Below, one piece after another: positions 1 to 7,637 of a stretch of 64,000 bases of DNA; the stretch's first letter is position 1; each line of letters opens with the position of its first letter. A model generated the notes under the pieces. The model ran no database searches. It was not told the DNA's origin and was given only the letters and a program-made list of their open reading frames with translations. Origin of the DNA: a virus. The position numbers and the translations under genes were made by a program. Location: positions 1 to 64,000 of IMG/VR virus record IMGVR_UViG_3300028392_000049, one strand, 5' to 3'.

Positions 1-19
1 TATAGCAAGCCCAATAAGG

Positions 20-54
20 AAACCCTCTAGCCGAAAGGCTAGGGGGTTTTTTTA
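20..54 (+). terminator. Intrinsic terminator
   Basis: AAACCCTCTAGCC-GAAA-GGCTAGGGGGTTT stem with GNRA loop, followed by a T-run. Confidence 0.85.
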
Positions 55-87
55 TGCCCTCTGCCAGGATCCTGGCCAGGAAGCTGT

Positions 88-152
88 CCCAACACAAACA
101 AGCATCAAGCTCGCCTTTTTGGCGTTATAGCTTGATGCTTGTTTGTGTTGGG
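88..152. repeat. Perfect 24-bp inverted repeat with an inner CGCC-TTTTT-GGCG hairpin
   Basis: CCCAACACAAACAAGCATCAAGCT (88-111) is the exact reverse complement of 129-152. Confidence 0.9.
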
Positions 153-200
153 CACGCGCACCCTTAATAGCCTTGTTAGTTGCACCCACGAAGCAGAGAG

Positions 201-264
201 TTATCCACAGGCTTACAACAAAAAAGTTTCAGCGAAGAGATTTTGAGAGATTTGGGTGTAAGTT
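201..264 (+). promoter_or_regulatory. Early promoter copy 1: DnaA-box-like 9-mer, A-tract and TGGGTG-TAAGTT -10
   Basis: TTATCCACA 201-209, CAACAAAAAAGTTTCA 216-231, TAAGTT 259-264; same layout and spacing at 1349-1412. Confidence 0.6.
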
Positions 265-306
265 TGTTCTTGTGAGCGAGAGATGCTCGCTCCGAGAGGA
301 GACAGC

Positions 307-711
307 ATGGCTGTTAATTGGAGTTGCGAGAATGTTCGCGACTGGCAGACCCTGCACGACGACCCTATTGAGTGGGCTAAGACGGAAGTCTTACTGACTC
401 AAGGCTGGGCGTACGGCTGGTTCGACTCCATTGGTTATGGAAGCATAACCGAGTCCAATGTCGGTGATGTGTGGGTACGCGCAAGCGTCTTACAAGCCCT
501 AGTAGGTGCTCCATTGTCAATGGGTGCTGAAGGGACTAGTAAGCGTGAGCCTATCTACTTCACTAAGGACGACTTCATCAGGCGTATTGGTCTGAGTAGC
601 AATTACTCAACCAAAAGCCACGCGGTGTTCATGAAGGGTGTCAAAGCCATTATGGACGAGCAAGCCAAGCGCATTACGGACTCTGTCCAGAAGCAATTGG
701 TGGACGCATAA
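307..711 (+). CDS. Hypothetical early protein
   Basis: ORF; start moved to ATG 307, which follows a GAGAGGAG SD. Confidence 0.8.
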   Translation: MAVNWSCENVRDWQTLHDDPIEWAKTEVLLTQGWAYGWFDSIGYGSITESNVGDVWVRASVLQALVGAPLSMGAEGTSKREPIYFTKDDFIRRIGLSSNYSTKSHAVFMKGVKAIMDEQAKRITDSVQKQLVDA

Positions 712-719
712 CAGGTTCG

Positions 720-748
720 TTAGTCCTGAGCATGACTAAAAAGGCTCA
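720..748 (+). ncRNA. Intergenic H-type pseudoknot motif, copy 1
   Basis: TTAGTC/GACTAA stem; loop CTGAGCAT can pair with downstream GCTCA. Confidence 0.6.
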
Positions 749-780
749 ACCCCAAAAACTCATCTGAGAGGACAATTAAA

Positions 781-1026
781 GTGAGTGAGAAGTTAGAACT
801 GTATGCAGAAATGCAGGAAATCATTGACTACGTTGGCGAGAGCGCAACGTTTGACTCTAACCATAACTGGCTAATCAAGCAGGCACATGGTCTGAGTATC
901 TGGCGGAAGCTGTCAGAGTTGGTAACGCACTACGGTGAGAGTGATAACTCCGTAGCCGATTACTACGAGTTCCTAAATGGTCTGCCATTGGCAGAACTGT
1001 ACCTGTCAGTCCGTCCAAAAGGTTAA
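781..1026 (+). CDS. Hypothetical protein
   Basis: ORF with GAGAGGA SD and GTG start. Confidence 0.75.
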   Translation: MSEKLELYAEMQEIIDYVGESATFDSNHNWLIKQAHGLSIWRKLSELVTHYGESDNSVADYYEFLNGLPLAELYLSVRPKG

Positions 1027-1036
1027 TAAGTAAGCG

Positions 1037-1063
1037 AGTCCTGAGTATGACTAAAACTGCTCA
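1037..1063 (+). ncRNA. Intergenic H-type pseudoknot motif, copy 2
   Basis: AGTC/GACT stem; loop TGAGTA pairs with TGCTCA (one G.U). Confidence 0.6.
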
Positions 1064-1090
1064 ACCCCAATAATCAGCCTAGGAGGCACA

Positions 1091-1348
1091 ATGAATACAG
1101 CAACAACTATCCATCAGCACTTGGAGTTTGATAAGACTATTACTGTCCAATTCCAAGAGGGTCATCTCAGCAACACCGATTATGATGAGTACTTCATTCT
1201 TACGATTGACGGTAATCACATGTACATGACTCGCGAGCAAGCGTATCTGATTAAGGACTCTATGGAAGACTTCTTCGTGGAAGAACGCCTTGAGTACTTT
1301 GGAGATGTCATTAAGAAGGTTAATAAGACTCTTAGCGAAATCTCTTAG
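1091..1348 (+). CDS. Hypothetical acidic protein
   Basis: ORF with AGGAGG SD. Confidence 0.8.
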   Translation: MNTATTIHQHLEFDKTITVQFQEGHLSNTDYDEYFILTIDGNHMYMTREQAYLIKDSMEDFFVEERLEYFGDVIKKVNKTLSEIS

Positions 1349-1412
1349 TTATCCACAAGCCTGCAACAAAAAAGTTTCACCATGCAATAATCACCCATTC
1401 TGGGTGTAAGTT
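1349..1412 (+). promoter_or_regulatory. Early promoter copy 2: DnaA-box-like 9-mer, A-tract and TGGGTG-TAAGTT -10
   Basis: TTATCCACA 1349-1357, CAACAAAAAAGTTTCA 1364-1379, TAAGTT 1407-1412. Confidence 0.6.
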
Positions 1413-1460
1413 AGTTTCTGTCAGCAAGTCGCTGGCAGAGGTCAATGAGAGGAACTCACC

Positions 1461-1997
1461 ATGACCGAGCAAGAACAGCAAGAACTCATGTCCCAACCAC
1501 TATCTACGCTTATTCAGGTCATTACTGACTTGCGTGCCAATAAAGAACAGCATGCCTACGACCTTGAACAAGCAACCACTAGTGGTCTCAAGCATGCTTA
1601 CAATGCACTCGCAAGTGCTATTGAGGCTAACGTAGACTACGAGGGCGACGAGGAACTCAAGCAACTGGCGTACAACGTCTTCTACTCGTTCCTAAGCAAC
1701 ATCAACAAGCCCTACTGGGTCAATCCATTTGAAATCAAGAAGATGTGGGACGTGGACGTGGTGCTCAATAACGAGTCCTTTACAGTCACTATTGAGGCTG
1801 ATAGCGAGGAGGACGCTATTGAGAAAGTCACCGAGAACCTAGAGGTCAATGGTAAGCGACAGTCATTCTCAGTCACGTTCAAAGATGATGATAACCGCGA
1901 GTCAATGGACTTTGAGTTTGAGGGTGATGACTGTGACATGGAAGATGATGACTGCCTTAGCGGTATCCGTGTGACAGCCGAGCGCAATACAGACTAG
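1461..1997 (+). CDS. Hypothetical highly acidic protein with an 'IEADSEEDA' motif
   Basis: ORF with GAGAGGA SD; D/E-rich C-terminal half. Confidence 0.8.
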   Translation: MTEQEQQELMSQPLSTLIQVITDLRANKEQHAYDLEQATTSGLKHAYNALASAIEANVDYEGDEELKQLAYNVFYSFLSNINKPYWVNPFEIKKMWDVDVVLNNESFTVTIEADSEEDAIEKVTENLEVNGKRQSFSVTFKDDDNRESMDFEFEGDDCDMEDDDCLSGIRVTAERNTD

Positions 1998-2038
1998 GAT
2001 TGTGGGGAGAGCGTAATTCCTCTCCGCAATCTCCACAG

Positions 2039-2066
2039 TAGCCCTGAGCATGGCTAGAAACTGCTC
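2039..2066 (+). ncRNA. Intergenic H-type pseudoknot motif, copy 3
   Basis: TAGCC/GGCTA stem (compensatory change versus copies 1-2); GAGCA/TGCTC second stem. Confidence 0.6.
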
Positions 2067-2070
2067 GCAA

Positions 2071-2122
2071 GCCCCTCACGGAGTAAGCACGTTAGGGTCA
2101 GGTTCAACTCCTGACAGGGGCA
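2071..2122 (+). ncRNA. tRNA-like mini element (acceptor stem plus T-arm, no anticodon arm)
   Basis: GCCCCT...GTCAGG-TTCAACT-CCTGAC-AGGGGC-A; canonical 7-nt TTCRANT loop; only 52 nt long. Confidence 0.55.
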
Positions 2123-2217
2123 CGCTAGATAGGTCTTGCACTAGGTAAGACAGGGTCATTGGAGTGCGTTGCTCCCTCGCCTATCTATCAACCCAACTAT
2201 CGAGAGGACGTAATCAA

Positions 2218-2499
2218 ATGATTACAAAGGAACAAGGCATGGCAATGTACTTGGCTGGGAGCTTCTACCCACCACTACCATTGGACTATGTTAAGCCTGC
2301 TATTGAGGCTAAAGAACTGTGTGAGAATGAGGAATGGGACGTTGAGATCGTCCTGCCCCATGCTATTAACCCAATGCCAAGGCTGGCATACTGGCGCGAC
2401 GGACCACCACGCTGGGTAATTAAGGCTGGAGACCTGGTCAATGCCCTGCGTATCCCAATCTATTCATCTGAAGATGAAGAAGATGAAGCAATGGTTTAA
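2218..2499 (+). CDS. Hypothetical protein
   Basis: ORF; ATG 2218 follows a GAGAGGA SD. Confidence 0.75.
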   Translation: MITKEQGMAMYLAGSFYPPLPLDYVKPAIEAKELCENEEWDVEIVLPHAINPMPRLAYWRDGPPRWVIKAGDLVNALRIPIYSSEDEEDEAMV

Positions 2500-2511
2500 C
2501 TAAGCCACTAA

Positions 2512-2547
2512 GAAAGCCCCTAGCCAATCGGTTAGGGGCTTTTTTTA
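2512..2547 (+). terminator. Intrinsic terminator
   Basis: AAAGCCCCTAGCC-AATC-GGTTAGGGGCTTT followed by a T-run. Confidence 0.85.
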
Positions 2548-2549
2548 TG

Positions 2550-3350
2550 CCAAAAATCAAATGATCAGCTGATTATGCCCTTGTCCGCCCTGCGGGCGGG
2601 GGCTATATGTTTGTGTTGAGCTTGTCCCACAGCCACCCACACGCGCTCTTCTTCCTTTTTACAAAAGGAAGGCAAAATAAGAGAGAGATTTGACTTATTC
2701 AGCCGAGTATGCTAGGCAAAATAAATGGCGTTTGTTATTGACTTATGGCACATTTTGTGGTATGGGGCTCGTCAGAGCCATTTGAGAGAGAAATGAGAGA
2801 GAGAGCCTATTCAGGCTGAGAGAGAGAATGCTGGGGTGGGCAGAGAGAGCCTACCTAGATACATAGAGAGAGCATAGAGAGCCCCCAGAGCCTGCCCAGC
2901 CTACTAAGCACCAGCATAATAAGCCTATTAGTCCACATGCTGACACCGATTTGCGCTTTCGGCTACTACATGCTATGTGCCGAGACTGCAACTGGGCGCA
3001 CCAGCAGGTCTGGGGCATGTTCGCCTGATTAGTTATGTGATAACTGGCAGAAAGGGCAGAAATCCCATTATCATCTAGGTATTGACTTGTCAAGTCTGAG
3101 GAAAGGCTATTTCAGACACTTTCAGCATGAGTGGGTGTAATCACTACTGGAAGCAGGTAATCCTCTCTCTGTGGCTCTCTGTGTCTCTCAGGTGGTTGTG
3201 GATAACTTTCCTCTATGTATCTCTCTATGTAATTGGCTTGTTAGTCAATCTGCAAAACCCCAAAATCCTTTCTAGATAAGGGCTTTAGAAGCGTTATCAA
3301 ACCGTTACCTAAAAAGGGGCATTTGGGCTTGTGTGCTGTCAGCGTAGGTC
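2550..3350. other. Long noncoding control region (candidate origin, packaging site or terminal region)
   Basis: No credible ORF; GA-rich left half, CT-rich right half, 12-bp inverted repeat 2857-2868/3211-3222, reverse DnaA box 3197-3205. Confidence 0.4.
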
Positions 3351-3401
3351 GCTAGAGTGGGTGCATGGCAACACCGCCATACTGATAAAGGAGTCCATGA
3401 C

Positions 3402-3731
3402 ATGGGCGCACGCATTAACCTCGTCTTCAATGACGGGACAGATAACGCAGTTGCTCTGTACTCGCACTATGGGGCAGACGGCTGGGAATACGATTTAACT
3501 CAGGCGATTAACCACGCCAAGCCACGATTGGGTGACTACTCATACTGGACTCGCATGGTTATCTCATACCTAATCAAAGATGAGGTTATGGACGAAACAG
3601 GCTTTGGTATTTATGCTGTCAATCCTGCTAAGCACGACCTCTACGACGCGGTAGTTGTTATTGACCTTGTTAATAACCTTGTTGATGGTATTGAGTTTGA
3701 TACGTTCTGCAAGCAGTCGGTGGGTGTCTGA
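3402..3731 (+). CDS. Hypothetical phage protein
   Basis: ORF; ATG 3402 follows an AAGGAG SD. Confidence 0.8.
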   Translation: MGARINLVFNDGTDNAVALYSHYGADGWEYDLTQAINHAKPRLGDYSYWTRMVISYLIKDEVMDETGFGIYAVNPAKHDLYDAVVVIDLVNNLVDGIEFDTFCKQSVGV

Positions 3732-3886
3732 TGAATACTTATGTAATTAGTTTTGCTCGCACAATCCACTACGGAGATGTTGAGGTGCAAGCCAACAGCA
3801 TTGACGAAGCCTACGAAATGACAGCCGACTGGGGCTCAGACGACCTCACCGAAACTGGTGGGCATTGGGAAATTGAGGTTCAATAA
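3731..3886 (+). CDS. Small acidic protein (51 aa, 'VQANSIDEA' motif), not in the ORF track
   Basis: Translated by hand; TGATG and TAATG coupling on either side. Confidence 0.7.
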   Translation: MNTYVISFARTIHYGDVEVQANSIDEAYEMTADWGSDDLTETGGHWEIEVQ

Positions 3887-3981
3887 TGAGTCTATTTGAT
3901 GATGTCATTGACGAGGACGTACTATCCAGCCTGTCAATCACCGAACTAACCCTACTAGCCGAAGTACTCAAAGGAGTATAA
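3886..3981 (+). CDS. Small hypothetical protein (31 aa)
   Basis: TAATG-coupled ORF that fills the gap. Confidence 0.55.
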   Translation: MSLFDDVIDEDVLSSLSITELTLLAEVLKGV

Positions 3982-3983
3982 CT

Positions 3984-4256
3984 ATGCTATTAACAGCCAA
4001 CTGGTCAATGACCATTGACGAAGACACCCTCATCAAGGAAATGCTCGCCACAGGCGAGTATGGCATTGGTGGCTATCCCATTAGTGAGGAGAGCATGGTG
4101 GAGTTTTTCCGCAACTGGGCTTTTGGGCTTGACCCATTAACTTACAAAGAGGAGTGGGCGCGTAATCCATTGTGCCACTACCACCTAGAACTGACCGAGA
4201 GCGAGACTGACCGCCAACTGTGGGTTCAATCTCATCTCCCCCGAGAGGAAGTGTAA
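3984..4256 (+). CDS. Hypothetical protein
   Basis: ORF with AAGGAG SD. Confidence 0.75.
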   Translation: MLLTANWSMTIDEDTLIKEMLATGEYGIGGYPISEESMVEFFRNWAFGLDPLTYKEEWARNPLCHYHLELTESETDRQLWVQSHLPREEV

Positions 4257-4260
4257 CTAG

Positions 4261-4458
4261 ATGAGTACCCACCTGTCTGACTACACAATAGAACAATTAG
4301 AAGCCACGCTCTGTCAGGACTGCAAGCAAGCCAACATGGCTGAGTATGCTTGCCGTGACGAAATCAAGAGCAACATACCTATCTGTGTAGATTGCTGTCA
4401 TTGTGGCGAGCACGACCAATGTGACCCCTGCGAGTACTGGGTAGAGGTGAAGCACTAA
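4261..4458 (+). CDS. Cys-rich hypothetical protein
   Basis: ORF with several CxxC motifs. Confidence 0.7.
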   Translation: MSTHLSDYTIEQLEATLCQDCKQANMAEYACRDEIKSNIPICVDCCHCGEHDQCDPCEYWVEVKH

Positions 4459-4619
4459 TGACTAACTGGACAAATAACGAGGCTGGAGACCTGCTCCATT
4501 GTGAGCGCGTGGCGTACTGGGCGGACTGTGGCTGTGGAGACGAAATGTGCTCAAAGGCTGTCTGCTCCAAGTGCCAAGAAGAACTATTAGAAGATGACCC
4601 CGAGGGAGTAACAAGATGA
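4458..4619 (+). CDS. Small Cys-rich protein (53 aa)
   Basis: Translated by hand; TAATG and ATGA coupling. Confidence 0.65.
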   Translation: MTNWTNNEAGDLLHCERVAYWADCGCGDEMCSKAVCSKCQEELLEDDPEGVTR

Positions 4620-4849
4620 GTAAGCAACACCATTTCGTAGTGCTTTACGATACCGAGTTCAAGAAGTTCTATGTAGATGATGAGACCCAATTCTTTGAGG
4701 GAACTATCTGGAACAAAGATACCGAGGAGTGGACATTCCGCACCGAGGACGAGGCTGATGAAACTTTAGACGAAACTATCTACAACACGCTACACGCTGT
4801 GCTCGCAGTATTCAACGAGTACGGCTCACTACAAGAAGAGGAAGACTAA
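4616..4849 (+). CDS. Hypothetical acidic protein
   Basis: ORF with GGGAG SD. Confidence 0.75.
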   Translation: MSKQHHFVVLYDTEFKKFYVDDETQFFEGTIWNKDTEEWTFRTEDEADETLDETIYNTLHAVLAVFNEYGSLQEEED

Positions 4850-5035
4850 ATGATTATCTACGCAGTTGTAACTGACGAGTACGAAACAGACGGTATCCCA
4901 GCCCTGTTTCTTGAGGAACAAGAAGCAGAAGCGCACGCAGACGAGTTAAACAACTCAGACATTGAAGACACCAACTACATTGTCGTAGCGACAGAGGTTC
5001 AAGAGCCTAGCAGTCGCTGGACAGATTGCCCATAA
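4850..5035 (+). CDS. Hypothetical acidic protein
   Basis: ORF within the tightly packed operon. Confidence 0.7.
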   Translation: MIIYAVVTDEYETDGIPALFLEEQEAEAHADELNNSDIEDTNYIVVATEVQEPSSRWTDCP

Positions 5036-5046
5036 GGAGAATTAAC

Positions 5047-5481
5047 ATGGCTAATTTCTACGGAACTACACGCTCCAACTACTTTGCAATCAAAGACCCA
5101 GAAGCTTTTGTTGCTGAGATGGCTAAGTACCCTGTTGAGGTAATTGCTGACCCTCACAGAGACGAAGAGGGTAATGAGATTGGTACGCTCTACGGCTTCA
5201 TGGACTCTGATGATGATGGCGGTGGAGACATCTGGACAATCTATGATGACGACAACGAAGAGTACACCGAAGTGGACTGGGCTGATGTGTTCAACCGACA
5301 CCTGCAAGATGACTGGGTAGCAGTCATTCAAAGCGTGGGCGCAGAGAAGCACCGTTACTTATCTGGGTTTGCCGTCTTGTACAACAATAAAGGAGAGACA
5401 CATTCTGTGAACCTTGACAACATCTATCTGTTTGCCGACACTTTCGGTTATGGCAAGCACATCACCAAAGCACAGTACTAG
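5047..5481 (+). CDS. Hypothetical acidic phage protein (MANFYGTTRSNYF family)
   Basis: ORF; AAGGAG SD before ATG 5047. Confidence 0.8.
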   Translation: MANFYGTTRSNYFAIKDPEAFVAEMAKYPVEVIADPHRDEEGNEIGTLYGFMDSDDDGGGDIWTIYDDDNEEYTEVDWADVFNRHLQDDWVAVIQSVGAEKHRYLSGFAVLYNNKGETHSVNLDNIYLFADTFGYGKHITKAQY

Positions 5482-5493
5482 GAGAGTATCCAG

Positions 5494-5616
5494 ATGAACG
5501 CTCAATGTGACACAGGCTGTGGCAACTTCGTCCTTGATGATGGTTGCCCAGTAGCCCTTGAAAACAACGAACTCCTATGCTCGTACTGTTGTACCTGCAC
5601 CCACCACGACGATTAG
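5494..5616 (+). CDS. Small Cys-rich protein (40 aa)
   Basis: Translated by hand; AGGAG SD. Confidence 0.55.
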   Translation: MNAQCDTGCGNFVLDDGCPVALENNELLCSYCCTCTHHDD

Positions 5617-5627
5617 AGAGTATTGAG

Positions 5628-5804
5628 ATGACTAACGACCAACTAGCAGAACTGATTACGAAACGCTTCACACCTTTCGCGTTCACTTGCGACTGTCAGG
5701 GAGACCACCCAGAATGTGTCCGAGTAAAGACCGAAGACACATGGGCGATTGCTCAGGCAGATACTGCATACCGTATTGCCCAGTACATCAGGGGCTTGTC
5801 ATGA
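5628..5804 (+). CDS. Hypothetical protein
   Basis: ORF, start trimmed to ATG 5628. Confidence 0.65.
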   Translation: MTNDQLAELITKRFTPFAFTCDCQGDHPECVRVKTEDTWAIAQADTAYRIAQYIRGLS

Positions 5805-6115
5805 TTGAGGGCGTGAGCGAGAAAGATTTAGGAGTCTGGGTATCAGCAGAGTCTCGCTCACTTACTGAACAGAACCTAGACATTATCAAGCTGGCTATCG
5901 TTGCAGGCTGGAGACAATACAGCGTGGAAGCCTACAAAGAGATGAGAGACCTGTACCTCAACGGAGAGCCCGACATGACTGCTCATGAGGAACTCTCATG
6001 GGTTCTAGACGAAGCGGTGATGTATCTTGACAGCCAAGTACCAGACGGATACTATTTCACTTTCAGCGAAGGTGACTTTATACTCACCCACGAAGACCTA
6101 CCCGAGGAGAACTAA
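5801..6115 (+). CDS. Hypothetical protein
   Basis: ATGA overlap with the previous gene. Confidence 0.7.
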   Translation: MIEGVSEKDLGVWVSAESRSLTEQNLDIIKLAIVAGWRQYSVEAYKEMRDLYLNGEPDMTAHEELSWVLDEAVMYLDSQVPDGYYFTFSEGDFILTHEDLPEEN

Positions 6116-6318
6116 TGAATACCATGAAATGCCTAGACTGTGGCAACAATACCAAGTTTATTATTGCCTACATTGACCGCACCATGACCACGTTCAATGA
6201 ACATGGAGACGTTGAACATGAAGAGTCTGTTAGTTATTGGTCTTATGATGATGAGCGCATTATCTGTGGCATTGACACCTGTGGCTCTGACAACTTGAAC
6301 ATCTACGAGGAGAACTAA
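6115..6318 (+). CDS. Zn-ribbon-like hypothetical protein
   Basis: CxxC...CxxxxC pattern; GAGGAG SD. Confidence 0.75.
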   Translation: MNTMKCLDCGNNTKFIIAYIDRTMTTFNEHGDVEHEESVSYWSYDDERIICGIDTCGSDNLNIYEEN

Positions 6319-6557
6319 TGATACAACAATGGTCACGCGAGACTGTTCTTGAATGTGATGGCTGTAATAAGCCTATGATACCTAACCTGTCCACATGGGA
6401 CGAAGAGGGCTGTGGCTGGTCGTGCACCACCTACGGCTGTGGGGACTTCACAGGCTCAGAGATTGAAGCCGAAGACTTAGAAGCACTAGGCGTTCCTGCA
6501 TGGGTCGCCGAGCGTATGGAAAGCCTTTCCAACGCATTACTAGAGATGGAGAACTAA
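6318..6557 (+). CDS. Zn-ribbon-like hypothetical protein
   Basis: CxxC...CxxxxC pattern; GAGGAG SD. Confidence 0.75.
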   Translation: MIQQWSRETVLECDGCNKPMIPNLSTWDEEGCGWSCTTYGCGDFTGSEIEAEDLEALGVPAWVAERMESLSNALLEMEN

Positions 6558-6559
6558 TC

Positions 6560-6754
6560 ATGGCACGATACCGATTTTCATTTAGCGAAGAAGAATACGG
6601 CTTCATCTATTTTGACGCTGAGTCAAGGGAAGAAGCAGAAAGCTTACTTGATCAAATACAGAACTACGAGATTGACGTAGATGATTTGCCAAGTGGCAAC
6701 AAGAAAGTCAAGAATGGTCAATGCGAATACTACGGAGTAGAGGAAGTTAAATAA
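6560..6754 (+). CDS. Small acidic protein ('FDAESREEA' motif)
   Basis: GGAG SD before ATG 6560. Confidence 0.75.
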   Translation: MARYRFSFSEEEYGFIYFDAESREEAESLLDQIQNYEIDVDDLPSGNKKVKNGQCEYYGVEEVK

Positions 6755-6755
6755 G

Positions 6756-7031
6756 ATGATTACTTATCACGGAGCATGGATAGAGATGGCGTGGAACGAA
6801 GCCCCAGACTCAACCAGAAGCGCGTATGTGTCCTTTGAGCAACCTACTGACGAGCAGTACGAAGATGATGACTTTGACATCTCTGAGTACGTCACGCCTA
6901 GTGGCAAGCATGATGACGACATCTTCTACTACTTTGATAGCCGAGAAGACATGCTCCAGCAGATGGCTGGGGACGAGTTTAAGATTGTAGCCATTGAGGG
7001 CTACCACACAACAGGAGACAACAATGAATAG
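6756..7031 (+). CDS. Hypothetical acidic protein
   Basis: ORF within the operon. Confidence 0.75.
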   Translation: MITYHGAWIEMAWNEAPDSTRSAYVSFEQPTDEQYEDDDFDISEYVTPSGKHDDDIFYYFDSREDMLQQMAGDEFKIVAIEGYHTTGDNNE

Positions 7032-7353
7032 CCAGTTAATTAAACTAAGCCTTTCCGAGTGGGAAGCGCAATTCAAGCCATACACTAATCATCTGGATAG
7101 CAACGCTTCATTCCAGAATGACAATGATGAGGGCATTATGTTTGAGACTTACGGCGACGAACTAGAGTTTGTTTATAGCCATGCTAATAAGTTTATTTGG
7201 ACATACATTGACACCGAAGACGGTGGCACGGCTATCGTGGACGGTTATCACCTAGTCAATCGCATTGGGTATTTCCTTACCCGCGTTGCATGGGAAGACA
7301 GCATGGGCTACGAGATAGCCGTAAGTGACGGTAACAAAGGGGGAGAGAACTAA
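7024..7353 (+). CDS. Hypothetical phage protein (FETYG...VNRIGY motif)
   Basis: AGGAG SD before ATG 7024. Confidence 0.8.
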   Translation: MNSQLIKLSLSEWEAQFKPYTNHLDSNASFQNDNDEGIMFETYGDELEFVYSHANKFIWTYIDTEDGGTAIVDGYHLVNRIGYFLTRVAWEDSMGYEIAVSDGNKGGEN

Positions 7354-7637
7354 TGGCACAAGGATACAAGCACGAAGAGATGACGCTTGCGGAACTATGC
7401 CAGCACATTTACGAAGCTTTTGGTGCGTACGCTGTAATTAACCTCGTAGATGACCGCAAGCGAGAGGGCTATCTGTCTGATGTTACATGGAAAGACTGTG
7501 ATGGCTGTGACTACCGTAGCCCATTTGATACTGATGGCTCATGCCTAATCTGTGGCAGTTGCTCATGTCAAGGCTGCCAAGATACACGCAACGTTGCGCC
7601 AGCAGGGTACTGCGACAATGGTATAGGAGTCATGTAA
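7353..7637 (+). CDS. Cys-rich hypothetical protein
   Basis: TAATG-coupled ORF. Confidence 0.75.
   Translation: MAQGYKHEEMTLAELCQHIYEAFGAYAVINLVDDRKREGYLSDVTWKDCDGCDYRSPFDTDGSCLICGSCSCQGCQDTRNVAPAGYCDNGIGVM

Noticed and set aside
720-2066. Hammerhead ribozyme or CRISPR interpretation of the CTGAG(C/T)AT repeats
   Set aside because: There is no CUGANGA/GAAA three-stem core. The copies are separated by whole genes, not 30-40 nt spacers.
2851-3093. 80-aa minus-strand ORF in the noncoding region
   Set aside because: It runs against the local gene orientation, has no SD and derives from low-complexity sequence.
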